A stretch of 38,722 bases of DNA from an uncultured Myxococcia bacterium (GCA_964617105.1 CAZTWC010000006.1:1-38722), one strand, 5' to 3'. Positions 1 to 9,613 are shown, counted from the first letter of the stretch. Translations and numbers: made by a program. Notes: generated from the sequence alone by a model not told the origin.

Positions 1-216
1 GTAAAAGCGGGGGCGGTTATCAGCCCGCCTACCTGCGGCCCCTGTATCGGCGGTCATATGGGCATTCTGGCTGACGGCGAAAAAGCGCTGGCGACCACCA
101 ACCGTAACTTTGTTGGACGAATGGGCCACCGCAACAGCGAAATATATCTTAGTGCGCCCTATGTGGCGGCTGCTTCGGCTATTGCCGGATATATCGCTTC
201 ACCAGAGGATATTTAA
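1..216 (+). CDS. leuC: 3' end of 3-isopropylmalate dehydratase/homoaconitase large subunit (LeuC/HacA family), truncated by window edge
   Basis: Frame +1 translates [71 protein letters not shown]. It contains the CGPC Fe-S ligands and the TxNRNFxGRMG motif, and lies directly upstream of leuD. Confidence 0.9.
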   Translation, partial: VKAGAVISPPTCGPCIGGHMGILADGEKALATTNRNFVGRMGHRNSEIYLSAPYVAAASAIAGYIASPEDI

Positions 217-264
217 GCGATAAACTCTCAGATATCAACCCGGCATTTTAATGAGGAGATGAAA

Positions 265-765
265 ATGGCCAACAGTATTATTGGAAAGGTACACAAATAT
301 GGTGACAACATTGACACCGATGTGATCATTCCAGCCCGTTACTGCACCAGTTATAAAATAGAATATTTAGCGCCCCACTGTCTGGAGGATTTGGATGTTA
401 ATTTTGTCAAAAAAGTAACCTCCGGCGACATCCTGGTAACAGGGGAAAATTTTGGTTGCGGCAGCAGCCGGGAAAATGCTCCCCTGGCAATTAAAGGGGC
501 GGGAATCTCCTGCATTATCGCGCCCTCTTTTGCCAGAATCTTCTATCGCAACTCAATTAACATCGGTCTGCCGATTTTGGAATCTGCTGAAGCGGTTGAC
601 GATATCATCGACGGCCACCAGGTGGAAGTTGACCTGGAAAAAGGAACCATCCACAATATTACTACTGGTAAAAATTTCCAGGCCGCTAAATTCCCGCCCA
701 TAATTCAAGAGATTATTGATCTGGGGGGGATGGTGAACTTTGTGAAAAAGCGCCTCAACAATTAA
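265..765 (+). CDS. leuD: 3-isopropylmalate dehydratase small subunit (LeuD/HacB family)
   Basis: Motifs [27 protein letters not shown] and SFARIFYRNSINIGLP. The ATG at 265 fits the GAGGAG RBS (253-258) better than the ATG at 259. Confidence 0.9.
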   Translation: MANSIIGKVHKYGDNIDTDVIIPARYCTSYKIEYLAPHCLEDLDVNFVKKVTSGDILVTGENFGCGSSRENAPLAIKGAGISCIIAPSFARIFYRNSINIGLPILESAEAVDDIIDGHQVEVDLEKGTIHNITTGKNFQAAKFPPIIQEIIDLGGMVNFVKKRLNN

Positions 766-849
766 CCATTAGCATTTTGATTTAAAAACAGATCTCCTTG
801 CTATACCAAAAACCAACATCTTCGGTTTGATACTTTTCGGGACGAATAG

Positions 850-1413
850 ATGATAGAGATACGATTTCACGGCCGGGGCGGCCAGGGTGCGGTGCTGGCT
901 TCAAAAATTCTGGCCCAGGCTTTTTTTCTTTCCGGACGTTATGCTCAATCCTTCCCCGCTTTCTGGGCAGAGCGCCGGGGAGCACCGGTGGGTTCATTTT
1001 TACGGGTGGATAAAAATCCAATCCTTTTACGGGGGGAATTACAATCGCCCCGATACGTGATTGTCCTGGATGAGTCCCTGTTTCAGGTGGTTGACGTAAC
1101 CCAGGGTCTGTTACCGGAGGACGGGGCGGTGTTTGCCAATTCCAGCACTGGACTGGAAACGGTTTTCAAAGATAAATCAATTAAACTTTTTATTGCTGAT
1201 TGTGGTTCAATCGCCACTAAACACGGTCTGGGAACTAAAACCCAACCAATTGTAAATACTGCCATACTGGGATTTTTCGCCGCAGTTACAGATGAAATCT
1301 CCCTGGAAACTATTTTGGCAGCCATAGAAGAAAATGTGCCTGTCAACCCTAAAGACAATATGGCCGCCGCCCAAGAAGCCTATGAAACCTATAAAAGTTT
1401 AGTTCTCAAATAA
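850..1413 (+). CDS. 2-oxoacid:acceptor oxidoreductase gamma subunit (PorC/PorG family)
   Basis: N-terminal [18 protein letters not shown] and PIVNTAILG motifs; first gene of the por-type operon. Confidence 0.92.
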
Positions 1414-1459
1414 GATTGAGAAGGCAGGAGCCCGGGACAATTTGGCTTTGCGGGTTGGT

Positions 1460-1490
1460 TTAGTTGCCGTCCGGCAACTAATTTAACTTT
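1460..1490 (+). terminator. Hairpin, possible intra-operon terminator or RNA-stability element
   Basis: Perfect inverted repeat TTAGTTGCCG-tc-CGGCAACTAA (1460-1481) followed by TTTAACTTT. Confidence 0.4.
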
Positions 1491-1505
1491 GAGGTTATAA
1501 TAATT

Positions 1506-3182
1506 ATGTATAAATCCTGGAAAGAATTGCCTGACGCAGCTACTTCAGCCGCTGATATGACCTGGAATAAAACCGGCAGTTGGCGCTCAATTAAGCCGGT
1601 TTTTCACCAACATACCCCGGTTTGCACATCAAAGTGTCCTTTAAACAATCCGATTGCTAAAGTGTTGGAACTGGTTGCCAATAACCAAATAGAGGAAGCC
1701 TGGCGCCAGTTAAAAACTACCAATCCCATGCCTTCAATAACCGGCAGGGTTTGCGGTCATAACTGCGAAAAAAACTGTAACCGGGCCCTGGTCGATCAGG
1801 CCATTAATATTCATTCCCTGGAACGTTTTGTGGGAGATTATGGGCAAAAACACAGTTTAATGCCCAAAAAAGCCGCCCCACCGAGTGACCGGCAAATCGC
1901 AATTATCGGCGCCGGTCCAGCCGGGCTCTCCTGTGCCTATTACCTGGCCCTGGCCGGTATTAAGGCCACAGTGTTCGACTCTCATTCCCGGCCGGGAGGC
2001 ATGCTGGTGCTGGGTATTCCCGCTTACCGTCTGCCGCCCGGAATCGTGGAAAACGAGATTGAGATGCTCAAAAAACTGGGCGTCACCTTTGAGATGAACA
2101 CTCTGGTTACTCAAAAAATATTCCAGAATCTGCACGACAAGTTCGATGGCGTTTATATAGCGCCTGGCGCCCACCAAAGCGGGGGTCTAAAAATCGAAGG
2201 TTGGAATTTGGAAGAGGTAAAAGATGGCCTCCAGTTTTTAAAACAAATAAACCAGGGTGAACAGGTGGAAATAGGCCAAAAGGTGCTGGTAATAGGCGGT
2301 GGTAATACTGCCATGGATACAGCCCGGGCGGCCCGGCGCCAGGGGGCGGAAGCCCTGGTGGCCTACCGGCGCACCCGGCTGGAGATGCCGGCTCTGGCCG
2401 AAGAAATAGATTTCGCCCTGGAAGAGGGGGTCACCATTGAATTCTTGTGCGCACCGGTAAAAATAAGCAAACAGCAGGGAAAACTGGCAGTCGACTTGAT
2501 CCGTATGGAACTTGGCCCAGAAGACGAGAGCGGCCGGCGCCGTCCAATGCCGATTGAAGGTTCCAATTTTACTATCTCTGGAATCGACCGGGTTCTTTCC
2601 GCTATCGGCGAATGGCCAGACCTGAGTTTCTTTGAATCTCAGCATGTAGATAACCGGTCGGGACAGATCAATGTGGACAGCCAGTTCAGAACACCGATTA
2701 AAGGCATATATGCCGGAGGAGATGCTGCTACCGGCCTGGGAACAGTGTCCGATGCCCTGGCTTCTGGCCGTAGGGGGGCCAATGCCATTTTGATTGACCT
2801 TGATTTGAAAAATTCGGTTATTCAAGAGATTTGCCTGGATGATGTGGCCCAGATCAATACCATTTGCCAGGATCATTTCACTCCTTCTGAGCGAATGAAG
2901 CCTGCCCAAAAAATCGTGTCTGATAGATTGGCAAACTTCAGTGAAGTAATTGCTGACCCAACCGCTGACCTGAGTATCCAGGAAGCAGCCAGGTGCCTCA
3001 ACTGCGGCACCTGTGTCAATTGTGATGTCTGTTGGTCATACTGTCCGGATATGTCTATTAAAAAAGAAAATAACTCCTTGAAAATCGATTATCAGTTCTG
3101 TAAAGGGTGCGGCATCTGTGTGACCGAGTGCCCCCGGATGGCCATGAAAATGGTTATGGAGGATGAGGTGATAGATGAATAA
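1506..3182 (+). CDS. GltD-like FAD/NAD(P)H oxidoreductase fused with PorD-type (delta) 2x[4Fe-4S] ferredoxin
   Basis: PorD-like KTGSWRSIKP at the N-terminus. GltD Fe-S motifs CTSKCP and TGRVCGHNCEKNCNR, FAD motif IIGAGPAGLS, and NADPH motif GGGNTAMD...YRR. C-terminal RCLNCGTCVNCDVCWSYCPD and CKGCGICVTECP. Confidence 0.88.
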   Translation: MYKSWKELPDAATSAADMTWNKTGSWRSIKPVFHQHTPVCTSKCPLNNPIAKVLELVANNQIEEAWRQLKTTNPMPSITGRVCGHNCEKNCNRALVDQAINIHSLERFVGDYGQKHSLMPKKAAPPSDRQIAIIGAGPAGLSCAYYLALAGIKATVFDSHSRPGGMLVLGIPAYRLPPGIVENEIEMLKKLGVTFEMNTLVTQKIFQNLHDKFDGVYIAPGAHQSGGLKIEGWNLEEVKDGLQFLKQINQGEQVEIGQKVLVIGGGNTAMDTARAARRQGAEALVAYRRTRLEMPALAEEIDFALEEGVTIEFLCAPVKISKQQGKLAVDLIRMELGPEDESGRRRPMPIEGSNFTISGIDRVLSAIGEWPDLSFFESQHVDNRSGQINVDSQFRTPIKGIYAGGDAATGLGTVSDALASGRRGANAILIDLDLKNSVIQEICLDDVAQINTICQDHFTPSERMKPAQKIVSDRLANFSEVIADPTADLSIQEAARCLNCGTCVNCDVCWSYCPDMSIKKENNSLKIDYQFCKGCGICVTECPRMAMKMVMEDEVIDE

Positions 3183-4359
3183 TCAAAAACTTCTCGAAGG
3201 CAACGAAGTAACCACCCTGGCGGTGAAATTGTGTGAAGTGGAGATGGTAGCCGCCTACCCGATTACTCCTTCGAGTTCTATAGTGGAAAAAATATCGGAA
3301 TTATGCGCCAAAGGCGACATTGACTGCCAATTTATCCATGTGGAATCTGAGCACTCGGCTATGGCTAGTTTAATTGGCGCCGCTATGACCGGGGTGCGGG
3401 TTTTTACTGCCACTTCATCCCAGGGACTAGCCCTGATGCACGAGATGCTCCACTGGGCGGCCGGGGCCAGGCTGCCTATTGTTATTGTCAATGTTAACCG
3501 GGCTCTGGCACCGCCCTGGACCATCTTTTGCGACCATACCGATAGTCTCTCCCAGCGTGATACCGGCTGGATGCAGGTCTATTGTGAAAATAACCAGGAA
3601 ATTTTGGATACTATCATTCAATCTTACCGGATCTCTGAGCAGGTGGGTCTGCCGACCATGGTAAATATCGATGCCTTTGCTCTTTCTCACACCTCCGAAG
3701 CAGTGGAAGTGCCAAAACCAGAGACAGTTAGAGAATTCCTCCCTTTGCGAGAGGCTGCCTTCAAGTTGGATATAGAAGATCCCCACACCTTTGGCAGCGG
3801 CACCAACCCGCAATTTTACATGGGGATAAAATACCGCCATCACCTGGCCATGCAAAAAGCCCGCACTGTAATAAAATCGGTCAATGCCGAGTTCGTGCAA
3901 ACATTTAACCGCCAGCCAGATAGGCAAAATGGCCGACCAGATGCCATGATCGACACTCTGAAAACAGAAGATGCAGAAGTTATCCTGGTTACTGCCGGGA
4001 GCATGAGCAGCAATGCTAAATTGGCAATAATGGAATTGCGCCAAAAAGGGGTAAAGGTGGGCCTGATGAGGATTCGCTACTTCCGGCCATTCCCCTTGGA
4101 GGAAGTTACCAGGACTTTAGCCAAAGCCAGCAAAGTTGCGGTGGTGGACCGCAACTGTTCCTATGGCATGGGCGGTATCTTTTGCAATGAAGTTAAATCC
4201 GCCTTGCTGGGCCAGGAGAGCAGCCCCCAGGTGTTTGGCTATGTGGCCGGTATTGGCGGAATGGACACCGGGGTTGGCATGTTCAAAGAGGTGGTAAAGA
4301 AAACCATGGAAAAAGCAAACCCAGAGCCAGAACCAGAATGGATTGGAGTTAATCTATGA
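3175..4359 (+). CDS. porA: 2-oxoacid (pyruvate/2-ketoisovalerate-type):ferredoxin oxidoreductase alpha subunit
   Basis: Motifs AAYPITP, VESEHSA, TATSSQGLALMHE and FRPFP; overlaps the upstream stop codon. Confidence 0.92.
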   Translation: MNNQKLLEGNEVTTLAVKLCEVEMVAAYPITPSSSIVEKISELCAKGDIDCQFIHVESEHSAMASLIGAAMTGVRVFTATSSQGLALMHEMLHWAAGARLPIVIVNVNRALAPPWTIFCDHTDSLSQRDTGWMQVYCENNQEILDTIIQSYRISEQVGLPTMVNIDAFALSHTSEAVEVPKPETVREFLPLREAAFKLDIEDPHTFGSGTNPQFYMGIKYRHHLAMQKARTVIKSVNAEFVQTFNRQPDRQNGRPDAMIDTLKTEDAEVILVTAGSMSSNAKLAIMELRQKGVKVGLMRIRYFRPFPLEEVTRTLAKASKVAVVDRNCSYGMGGIFCNEVKSALLGQESSPQVFGYVAGIGGMDTGVGMFKEVVKKTMEKANPEPEPEWIGVNL

Positions 4360-5234
4360 AATTAGTTGATTTGCCGGAACCAGAGTTAGTTTCTTCCGGC
4401 CATATGGCCTGTGCCGGATGCGGTGCTGCCCTGGCAATGCGTTATGCCTTAAAAGGGCTGGGTAAAAAAACCATCTTCACTATTCCCGCCGGGTGCTGGG
4501 CAGTCTTTGACGGTCCCTTTCCTTTCTCCTCCTTAAAAGTCCCGATGTTTCATACCGCCCTGGAAACCACGGCCGCAGTAGCCTCCGGTATTAAAGCCGG
4601 TCTGCGGGCCCGGCACGATAATCAAACCACGGTAGTAGGCTGGGCCGGAGATGGCGGCACCGCTGATATCGGCTTCCAGGCCTTGAGTTCTGCGGCAGAG
4701 CGCAACGAGGATATTATCTTTTTTTGCTATGATAACGAAGCGTATATGAATACCGGTATTCAGCGAAGCAGCGCCACTCCAGAGGGAGCCTGGACCACAA
4801 CCACTCCTACTTTGGCGCCCAAAAAAGGGCCTAAAAAGGATTTGATCGCCTTGATGGCAGCCCACTATATCCCCTATGCTGCCAGTGCGTCGCTGGCCTA
4901 TCCTGAAGATATGCTGACTAAAATCAAAAAAGCGCTTACCATCAAAGGTTTTCGTTTCATTTCAATCTTTTCCCCCTGTCCGGCTGGCTGGCGAACCAAT
5001 CCCAGCCTTACCGTGCAGTTGGCCAGAATGGGGGTGCAATCGCGCATTTTCCCGCTCTACGAGGTAACAGAGGGACGGCATTACAACCTGACTGTCCAAC
5101 CACGTCAAATAATACCAGTAGAAGATTACCTTGATCTGCAGGGCCGATTCAAGCACCTTAACCTGGAAGCTAAAAAACAGATTCAACAAAATGTCGACCT
5201 GAAGTGGCAAGAATTGCTCAATAAGTGCGGCTAA
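4356..5234 (+). CDS. porB: 2-oxoacid:ferredoxin oxidoreductase beta subunit (TPP-binding)
   Basis: Motifs GHMACAGCG, GDGGTADIG, YDNEAYMNTGIQRS and SPCP; ATGA overlap with porA. Confidence 0.92.
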   Translation: MKLVDLPEPELVSSGHMACAGCGAALAMRYALKGLGKKTIFTIPAGCWAVFDGPFPFSSLKVPMFHTALETTAAVASGIKAGLRARHDNQTTVVGWAGDGGTADIGFQALSSAAERNEDIIFFCYDNEAYMNTGIQRSSATPEGAWTTTTPTLAPKKGPKKDLIALMAAHYIPYAASASLAYPEDMLTKIKKALTIKGFRFISIFSPCPAGWRTNPSLTVQLARMGVQSRIFPLYEVTEGRHYNLTVQPRQIIPVEDYLDLQGRFKHLNLEAKKQIQQNVDLKWQELLNKCG

Positions 5235-5297
5235 GGAGCAACGATTATTCAAAACTGAAATGCCGGGAGCCCGGGCGGAGGGCGGCGGCCAGAATTG

Positions 5298-6674
5298 CTA
5301 CGGCAGCAGATTTTGCAGCCCCTCCAGGGATTGAACTTTTTGCAGGTTTTCTCTGGCTATTTTTCGGAAACTAGAGGAAATTCGAGTCTCCTGGATCACG
5401 GCGTTCCAAAAATCTATTCCAGCACTTAAGGCATTTTTCCAAATAGAACCACTTTCAGCAATTGGTAAAGGTGGGTTAAAAAATTTCTCCACAATCTGTT
5501 CGTTTTGCGGTGCGTAAAGCATGGGAAGCATATCATAAGCCGGGGCTAGATCCAAAATTTGTCCAGCCTGGAAGTAGAAAGAGATGTTGGCCGGATGCAT
5601 ATCGATATTGCCAATCAGGTGACCAAAGGTCTCCCGCCAGCAAATATCATAGAATATCTCCTTGCTGATTAGACGCTGCTGAAGTAGCGACCTGGATATT
5701 TTGGCCCAACTTCCCGTATGGCCAACAAACTCAGCATTAATGGCATTTAACGAAATAAGCCCTTTACGCCCCCTTGCACCAACCCGATCAAAGCGCTCTG
5801 TTTCCAGGAAAACCTGATTCCCTCCAAAAATAATGGTGGATTTTGCCGCACCATGTCCACGATTGCTCAAAAGGGAAAGGGCTAAATGTTCACACATTAG
5901 CAAATCAGCCCGTCTTTGGGCTATCTCGTTGTCGATTTTAGGAGAAAATTTTACCAACACTGGGGTTGCATGGGGAGCAAGAACAGTAGGAAACTTTGGC
6001 TGTTCTCCACCAGCAGATGAGCCTGGATCGCCATATTGCAGTATCTGCAACGCTTTGATGGGGTACTCTTTTTCTCGCTCTGCAGGTAGAACACCGTCTG
6101 GTTGGTTTAAACTATTCTGCAGGTAGCGGTTAAAAGCCCCATCCCCAAGAATAATGTTTCCGATTAAATCATAACCGTATTGAGTGATATATTTTAGACA
6201 GTCATTGGCGGACCAGTGGCTGATGTTTTTGGGGAGACTTAACTGGGGATGGGCCTGAGGAACCAATCGGCCCAAAAAGCCACTGGGACGCAGGTCATCC
6301 AGGAAATAGGGGAAGTCATCGTAGAATCGGCTGGCCTCCCCTTCCCCTGTATAGTCACCGGCATTAAAGTAAAACCCCTCAGGATAAATACCATTTAATA
6401 CTCCCAAAGGAAAGGTTTTTCCCCTCTCATCAATGGTATAAATAGTAAAATCCTGGCCCACTTCCGGAATAACTCTTTTTAGCGCATACCTGGTTTTGCT
6501 TCCACCTCCGACAATCAAGACTTTATCCGACAAGCGGGCCACCATCCTGGAAAAGGTGGGTTGACTGATTCTAAGATACTGGCAGGCTTCTCTGGCGGCC
6601 AAAGGCCCCCTGGCAAGTATTTTCAGGAGAGTGTCTGTGATTTTTTGGTAATCAATTCTAGTTTGTTTTGGCAT
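5298..6674 (-). CDS. yjjJ: HipA-family Ser/Thr kinase toxin with N-terminal HTH (YjjJ-like)
   Basis: HTH segment ISQPTFSR, P-loop GSSAGGEQPKF, and catalytic GNIDMHPANISF and LAPAYDMLPM. Start moved to ATG 6674 (MPKQTRID). Confidence 0.88.
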   Translation of the reverse strand: MPKQTRIDYQKITDTLLKILARGPLAAREACQYLRISQPTFSRMVARLSDKVLIVGGGSKTRYALKRVIPEVGQDFTIYTIDERGKTFPLGVLNGIYPEGFYFNAGDYTGEGEASRFYDDFPYFLDDLRPSGFLGRLVPQAHPQLSLPKNISHWSANDCLKYITQYGYDLIGNIILGDGAFNRYLQNSLNQPDGVLPAEREKEYPIKALQILQYGDPGSSAGGEQPKFPTVLAPHATPVLVKFSPKIDNEIAQRRADLLMCEHLALSLLSNRGHGAAKSTIIFGGNQVFLETERFDRVGARGRKGLISLNAINAEFVGHTGSWAKISRSLLQQRLISKEIFYDICWRETFGHLIGNIDMHPANISFYFQAGQILDLAPAYDMLPMLYAPQNEQIVEKFFNPPLPIAESGSIWKNALSAGIDFWNAVIQETRISSSFRKIARENLQKVQSLEGLQNLLP

Positions 6675-6709
6675 ATGTTTAGAATAGATTATAGAATAGT
6701 TTATGTCAA
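6674..6709 (-). promoter_or_regulatory. sigma70-type promoter for the yjjJ-like gene, predicted leaderless transcript
   Basis: Minus strand reads TTGACA (6709-6704), 17-nt spacer, TATTCT (6686-6681), 6 nt, then the A of ATG at 6674. No Shine-Dalgarno is present. Confidence 0.65.
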
Positions 6710-6757
6710 TTATTTTCAACCTATTATGATGATCACACAAACTATTTAGAATAGTTT
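6680..6757. repeat. Three TAGAATAG copies plus an AAACTATT-tag-AATAGTTT palindrome (candidate operators)
   Basis: TAGAATAG at 6680-6687, 6692-6699 and 6747-6754; palindrome at 6739-6757. Confidence 0.55.
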
Positions 6758-6788
6758 TTGCCCCTCCCTTTTTCTGCTCTACGAGGTA

Positions 6789-7649
6789 TCAGAGGGACGC
6801 TCCCAACAGACGGGTGATGTTGCCGGAAAATACCCGCTCCATATCGGTTTGGGAATACCCGGCCTTTTGAAGTAGATGGTTTTGTAAATCTATTTCCGGG
6901 GTATGGGTAAACCAGGGCCAATCCGTACCAAATATGATATGTTCGGGCCCATGGATTTTTAAAAGAGAGATATACTCCTCTTTAGCCATAATGTGGGCGG
7001 CGTTTGAGGTATCCAGAAAAAAATTATCTCTGGGGATAAGGTTATCTCTGATCTGGCTAAACGGCGCTGCCAGTCCGCCCATATGGGCGGCAACAAAATT
7101 TACCTGGGGAAAACTGCCTACCAAATCTGCCAAAAGTGCCGGGGTGGTATTGTGGTCAGGATGGCTGCCAAAAAATTTGTCCGCCCCATACAGAGTATCG
7201 AAAATTACGAAAAAACCAGCATCTTCAGATAGATTGAACTTCTGGATTAAATCAAAAAGTGTCTGGGTGGTTGGAGCATTTAAGGCAAACTTCTGGGAAA
7301 AAGAGCATAACTTTATGGCCTTTATTTTTCTGGATTTGAATTTTTCCAACTCCTCTCTATTTTTGGGATAATCGGGATGAAGGGTGCCGGCAGTATAGAG
7401 AAGAAGAGATTTTTCCTTCTTTTGAAAAAATAGATCATTTATTTTGCCGACCTCGTTTACACCGGCAGTAGGCAAAATTAGAGCCCCTCCTAGGCCATTG
7501 GTGTTCAGCGCCTCTTGAAGAGCCGGAACCCCCACTCTGTTTTCAGCATTTTGGGTCTTAAGTCCCAAAATTTTTACCATCTCTTCTCGTTTTTTAACAT
7601 TGGCAATAATTTTGGGGCTAAATAGATGTACGTGACCGTCAAAAATCAT
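6789..7649 (-). CDS. Amidohydrolase family protein (Amidohydro_2-like TIM barrel)
   Basis: Metal-binding motifs IFDGHVH, AAHMGG, LDTS and IIFGTDWP. Confidence 0.85.
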   Translation of the reverse strand: MIFDGHVHLFSPKIIANVKKREEMVKILGLKTQNAENRVGVPALQEALNTNGLGGALILPTAGVNEVGKINDLFFQKKEKSLLLYTAGTLHPDYPKNREELEKFKSRKIKAIKLCSFSQKFALNAPTTQTLFDLIQKFNLSEDAGFFVIFDTLYGADKFFGSHPDHNTTPALLADLVGSFPQVNFVAAHMGGLAAPFSQIRDNLIPRDNFFLDTSNAAHIMAKEEYISLLKIHGPEHIIFGTDWPWFTHTPEIDLQNHLLQKAGYSQTDMERVFSGNITRLLGASL

Positions 7650-7675
7650 TTCTGTTTGAATGCTGCCAAAGAAAA

Positions 7676-8236
7676 TTAGTTATTGGACTGGCGGGCGTAG
7701 GCAAATAAGTTACCGGCCCGATAGATATCCATTTGTACCTGGGAGAAAGGGACTCCGCCCTGGATATTGGATGAACGGGTGGCGTTGAATACCTTACCGG
7801 TCAAGAGATCAACCTCGATAGTATCGCCATCAGATATTGAGTATTGCTCGGAATCACTGCCTACAGAACATATATTGGAGCAGGTAAACAGAGGAAAACC
7901 GGAGTTAATAGCATTACGTTTGTAGATAGCGCCAAAGGATTCTCCCACAATCAGAGATATACCCAGGGCTTTGAAACAATCTACTGCCTGCTGCCTGGAG
8001 GAGCCGGAACCAAAATTGCGGCCCACCACCAGTATCTCTCCCCCTTTTACCCGAGAGGGAAAATCTTTAAACCCCTCCAGGTTTCCCAAAGCGTATTGCC
8101 CCATCTGATTAATGTCAACTATCGCCAGGTGGGCATTGTGAAAGATCATATCAGTGTCAATATCATCTATCCGGCCTGCTTGCGGATCTCTGAGCACAAT
8201 GGCTTTTCCCTTGATAAGGGTGCGGTTTTTTTCCAT
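7676..8236 (-). CDS. LeuD/HacB-family hydro-lyase small subunit (divergent)
   Basis: Motifs DDIDTDMIFHNAHL, GRNFGSGSSRQQA and SFGAIYKRNAINSG. Confidence 0.85.
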   Translation of the reverse strand: MEKNRTLIKGKAIVLRDPQAGRIDDIDTDMIFHNAHLAIVDINQMGQYALGNLEGFKDFPSRVKGGEILVVGRNFGSGSSRQQAVDCFKALGISLIVGESFGAIYKRNAINSGFPLFTCSNICSVGSDSEQYSISDGDTIEVDLLTGKVFNATRSSNIQGGVPFSQVQMDIYRAGNLFAYARQSNN

Positions 8237-8298
8237 GAGTTAACTCCAAGTATTGGTCAATCCGGATTATATGCTCCGGACTTATGGATAACTTTTTA

Positions 8299-9531
8299 CT
8301 ACAGATGCCCTTTGACTGCTGCCCAGGCTGCTGTAGCCGGGCTGGCCAGATAGGTTTCTCCGTTACCCTGTTTACCTTTAAAGTTTCGATTTGAGGTGCT
8401 GACTTGAACTTCTCCCTGCCCGGTCATGCCGATTTGCCCAGACGCGCATCCACCGCATCCAGGGTTGCTAATCACCGCCCCGCGCTGAAAGAAGAGTTGC
8501 AGAAAACCGTTTTGCATCAACTCCCCATACACTTTACGGGTGGCTGGCACCAGGTTGACCACCACATTTTTGGCGATTGGGTTATCCTTTAATATTTGAT
8601 ACACGGCCTGAAAATCTTCTATACGGCCATTGGTGCAGGAACCTACAAATACCGAGTCGATTTTTTTTCCGGCCATCTGCTTTAGAGGCACGGTCTTGTG
8701 GGGCGTACCAGGCAATGAAACCATCGGCTCCAGATCTGAGATAGAGATCTCAATCTCCTCGCAATAAATAGCATCGCTGTCTGCATGAACAGCCTGGTCG
8801 GCAGAAGCCTGGCAAGCCGCCATAACCTGTTGATTTGGAGGTATCAGGGCAATAATAGCACCCATTTCAGTAGCCATAGAGGCCAGGGTTATCCGGCCGG
8901 CCGGGCTCAGGTTATCCACTGCTTCTCCATAGAATTCAATGGCTTTGCCCAGGGCGTGGCTGGAGCCTAAATGCCCCAGCACCGCCAGGGTAATATCCTT
9001 GGGTGTGCCTTGAGAAGATGGTTGACCTTTCAGCGTTACCTTAATAGTTTCCGGCACTTCAAACCAGGTGCGCCCGTTTTGAAAGGCAAATGCAATATCC
9101 TGGTCGCCCATACCCTGGCCAAAAGCACCCACTGCTCCCATAATATTCAAATGGCTGTCAGTCCCTACCACAGTGGAACCGGGCTGCGCCAGGCCATTTT
9201 CAATCATCACGTGAGAGCCAATGCCCTGGTTGACATCAAAAACTTTAATATCCTGCTGCCGGGCAAAACCGCGGCAGCGATGCTGATTGTCAGCATAGGG
9301 AATGGTCTTGGCCGGAACTACGCAATCAAAGGTAAAAAAGGTGCGGGAAGGATCATCAACCCGGGCCTGAGGCCCGAACTCTTTTTCAAACCGGTCAACC
9401 ACATTGGCGCCCCCAAAATCCCGGGCGCTCCTTACATCCAGATCTATCCAGACAATATCCCCTGGTTTAACCTGCTCAACCTTAGGATTGGCATGACCAG
9501 CCATGATTTTCTCAATAATAGTGTAACCCAT
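8299..9531 (-). CDS. LeuC/HacA-family aconitase-superfamily large subunit (divergent)
   Basis: Motifs GTDSH, VGSCTNGR, NPGCGGCASG, STSNRNFKGKQG and YLASPATAA. Confidence 0.88.
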   Translation of the reverse strand: MGYTIIEKIMAGHANPKVEQVKPGDIVWIDLDVRSARDFGGANVVDRFEKEFGPQARVDDPSRTFFTFDCVVPAKTIPYADNQHRCRGFARQQDIKVFDVNQGIGSHVMIENGLAQPGSTVVGTDSHLNIMGAVGAFGQGMGDQDIAFAFQNGRTWFEVPETIKVTLKGQPSSQGTPKDITLAVLGHLGSSHALGKAIEFYGEAVDNLSPAGRITLASMATEMGAIIALIPPNQQVMAACQASADQAVHADSDAIYCEEIEISISDLEPMVSLPGTPHKTVPLKQMAGKKIDSVFVGSCTNGRIEDFQAVYQILKDNPIAKNVVVNLVPATRKVYGELMQNGFLQLFFQRGAVISNPGCGGCASGQIGMTGQGEVQVSTSNRNFKGKQGNGETYLASPATAAWAAVKGHL

Positions 9532-9613
9532 GATAGATTCCTTTTGCCACTATTCATAGCGTATTGACTTACAAACTCCAGAATCCTGAATCTCTCTTAC
9601 TGAACCCTGCCGC

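Noticed and set aside
1414-1505. c-di-GMP-I riboswitch (GCAAAGCC-like motif on the minus strand)
   Set aside because: The P2 stem with GNRA loop and the P3 receptor are absent, and the orientation is opposite to the downstream gene.
1427-5275. GGAGCCCGGG 10-mer after both the gamma gene (1427-1436) and the beta gene (5266-5275)
   Set aside because: Only two short copies with unrelated flanks, not distinguishable from chance.
6675-6740. 22-aa N-terminal extension of the YjjJ-like ORF
   Set aside because: It overlaps a well-spaced promoter and is AT-rich and non-coding-like; ATG 6674 fits better.
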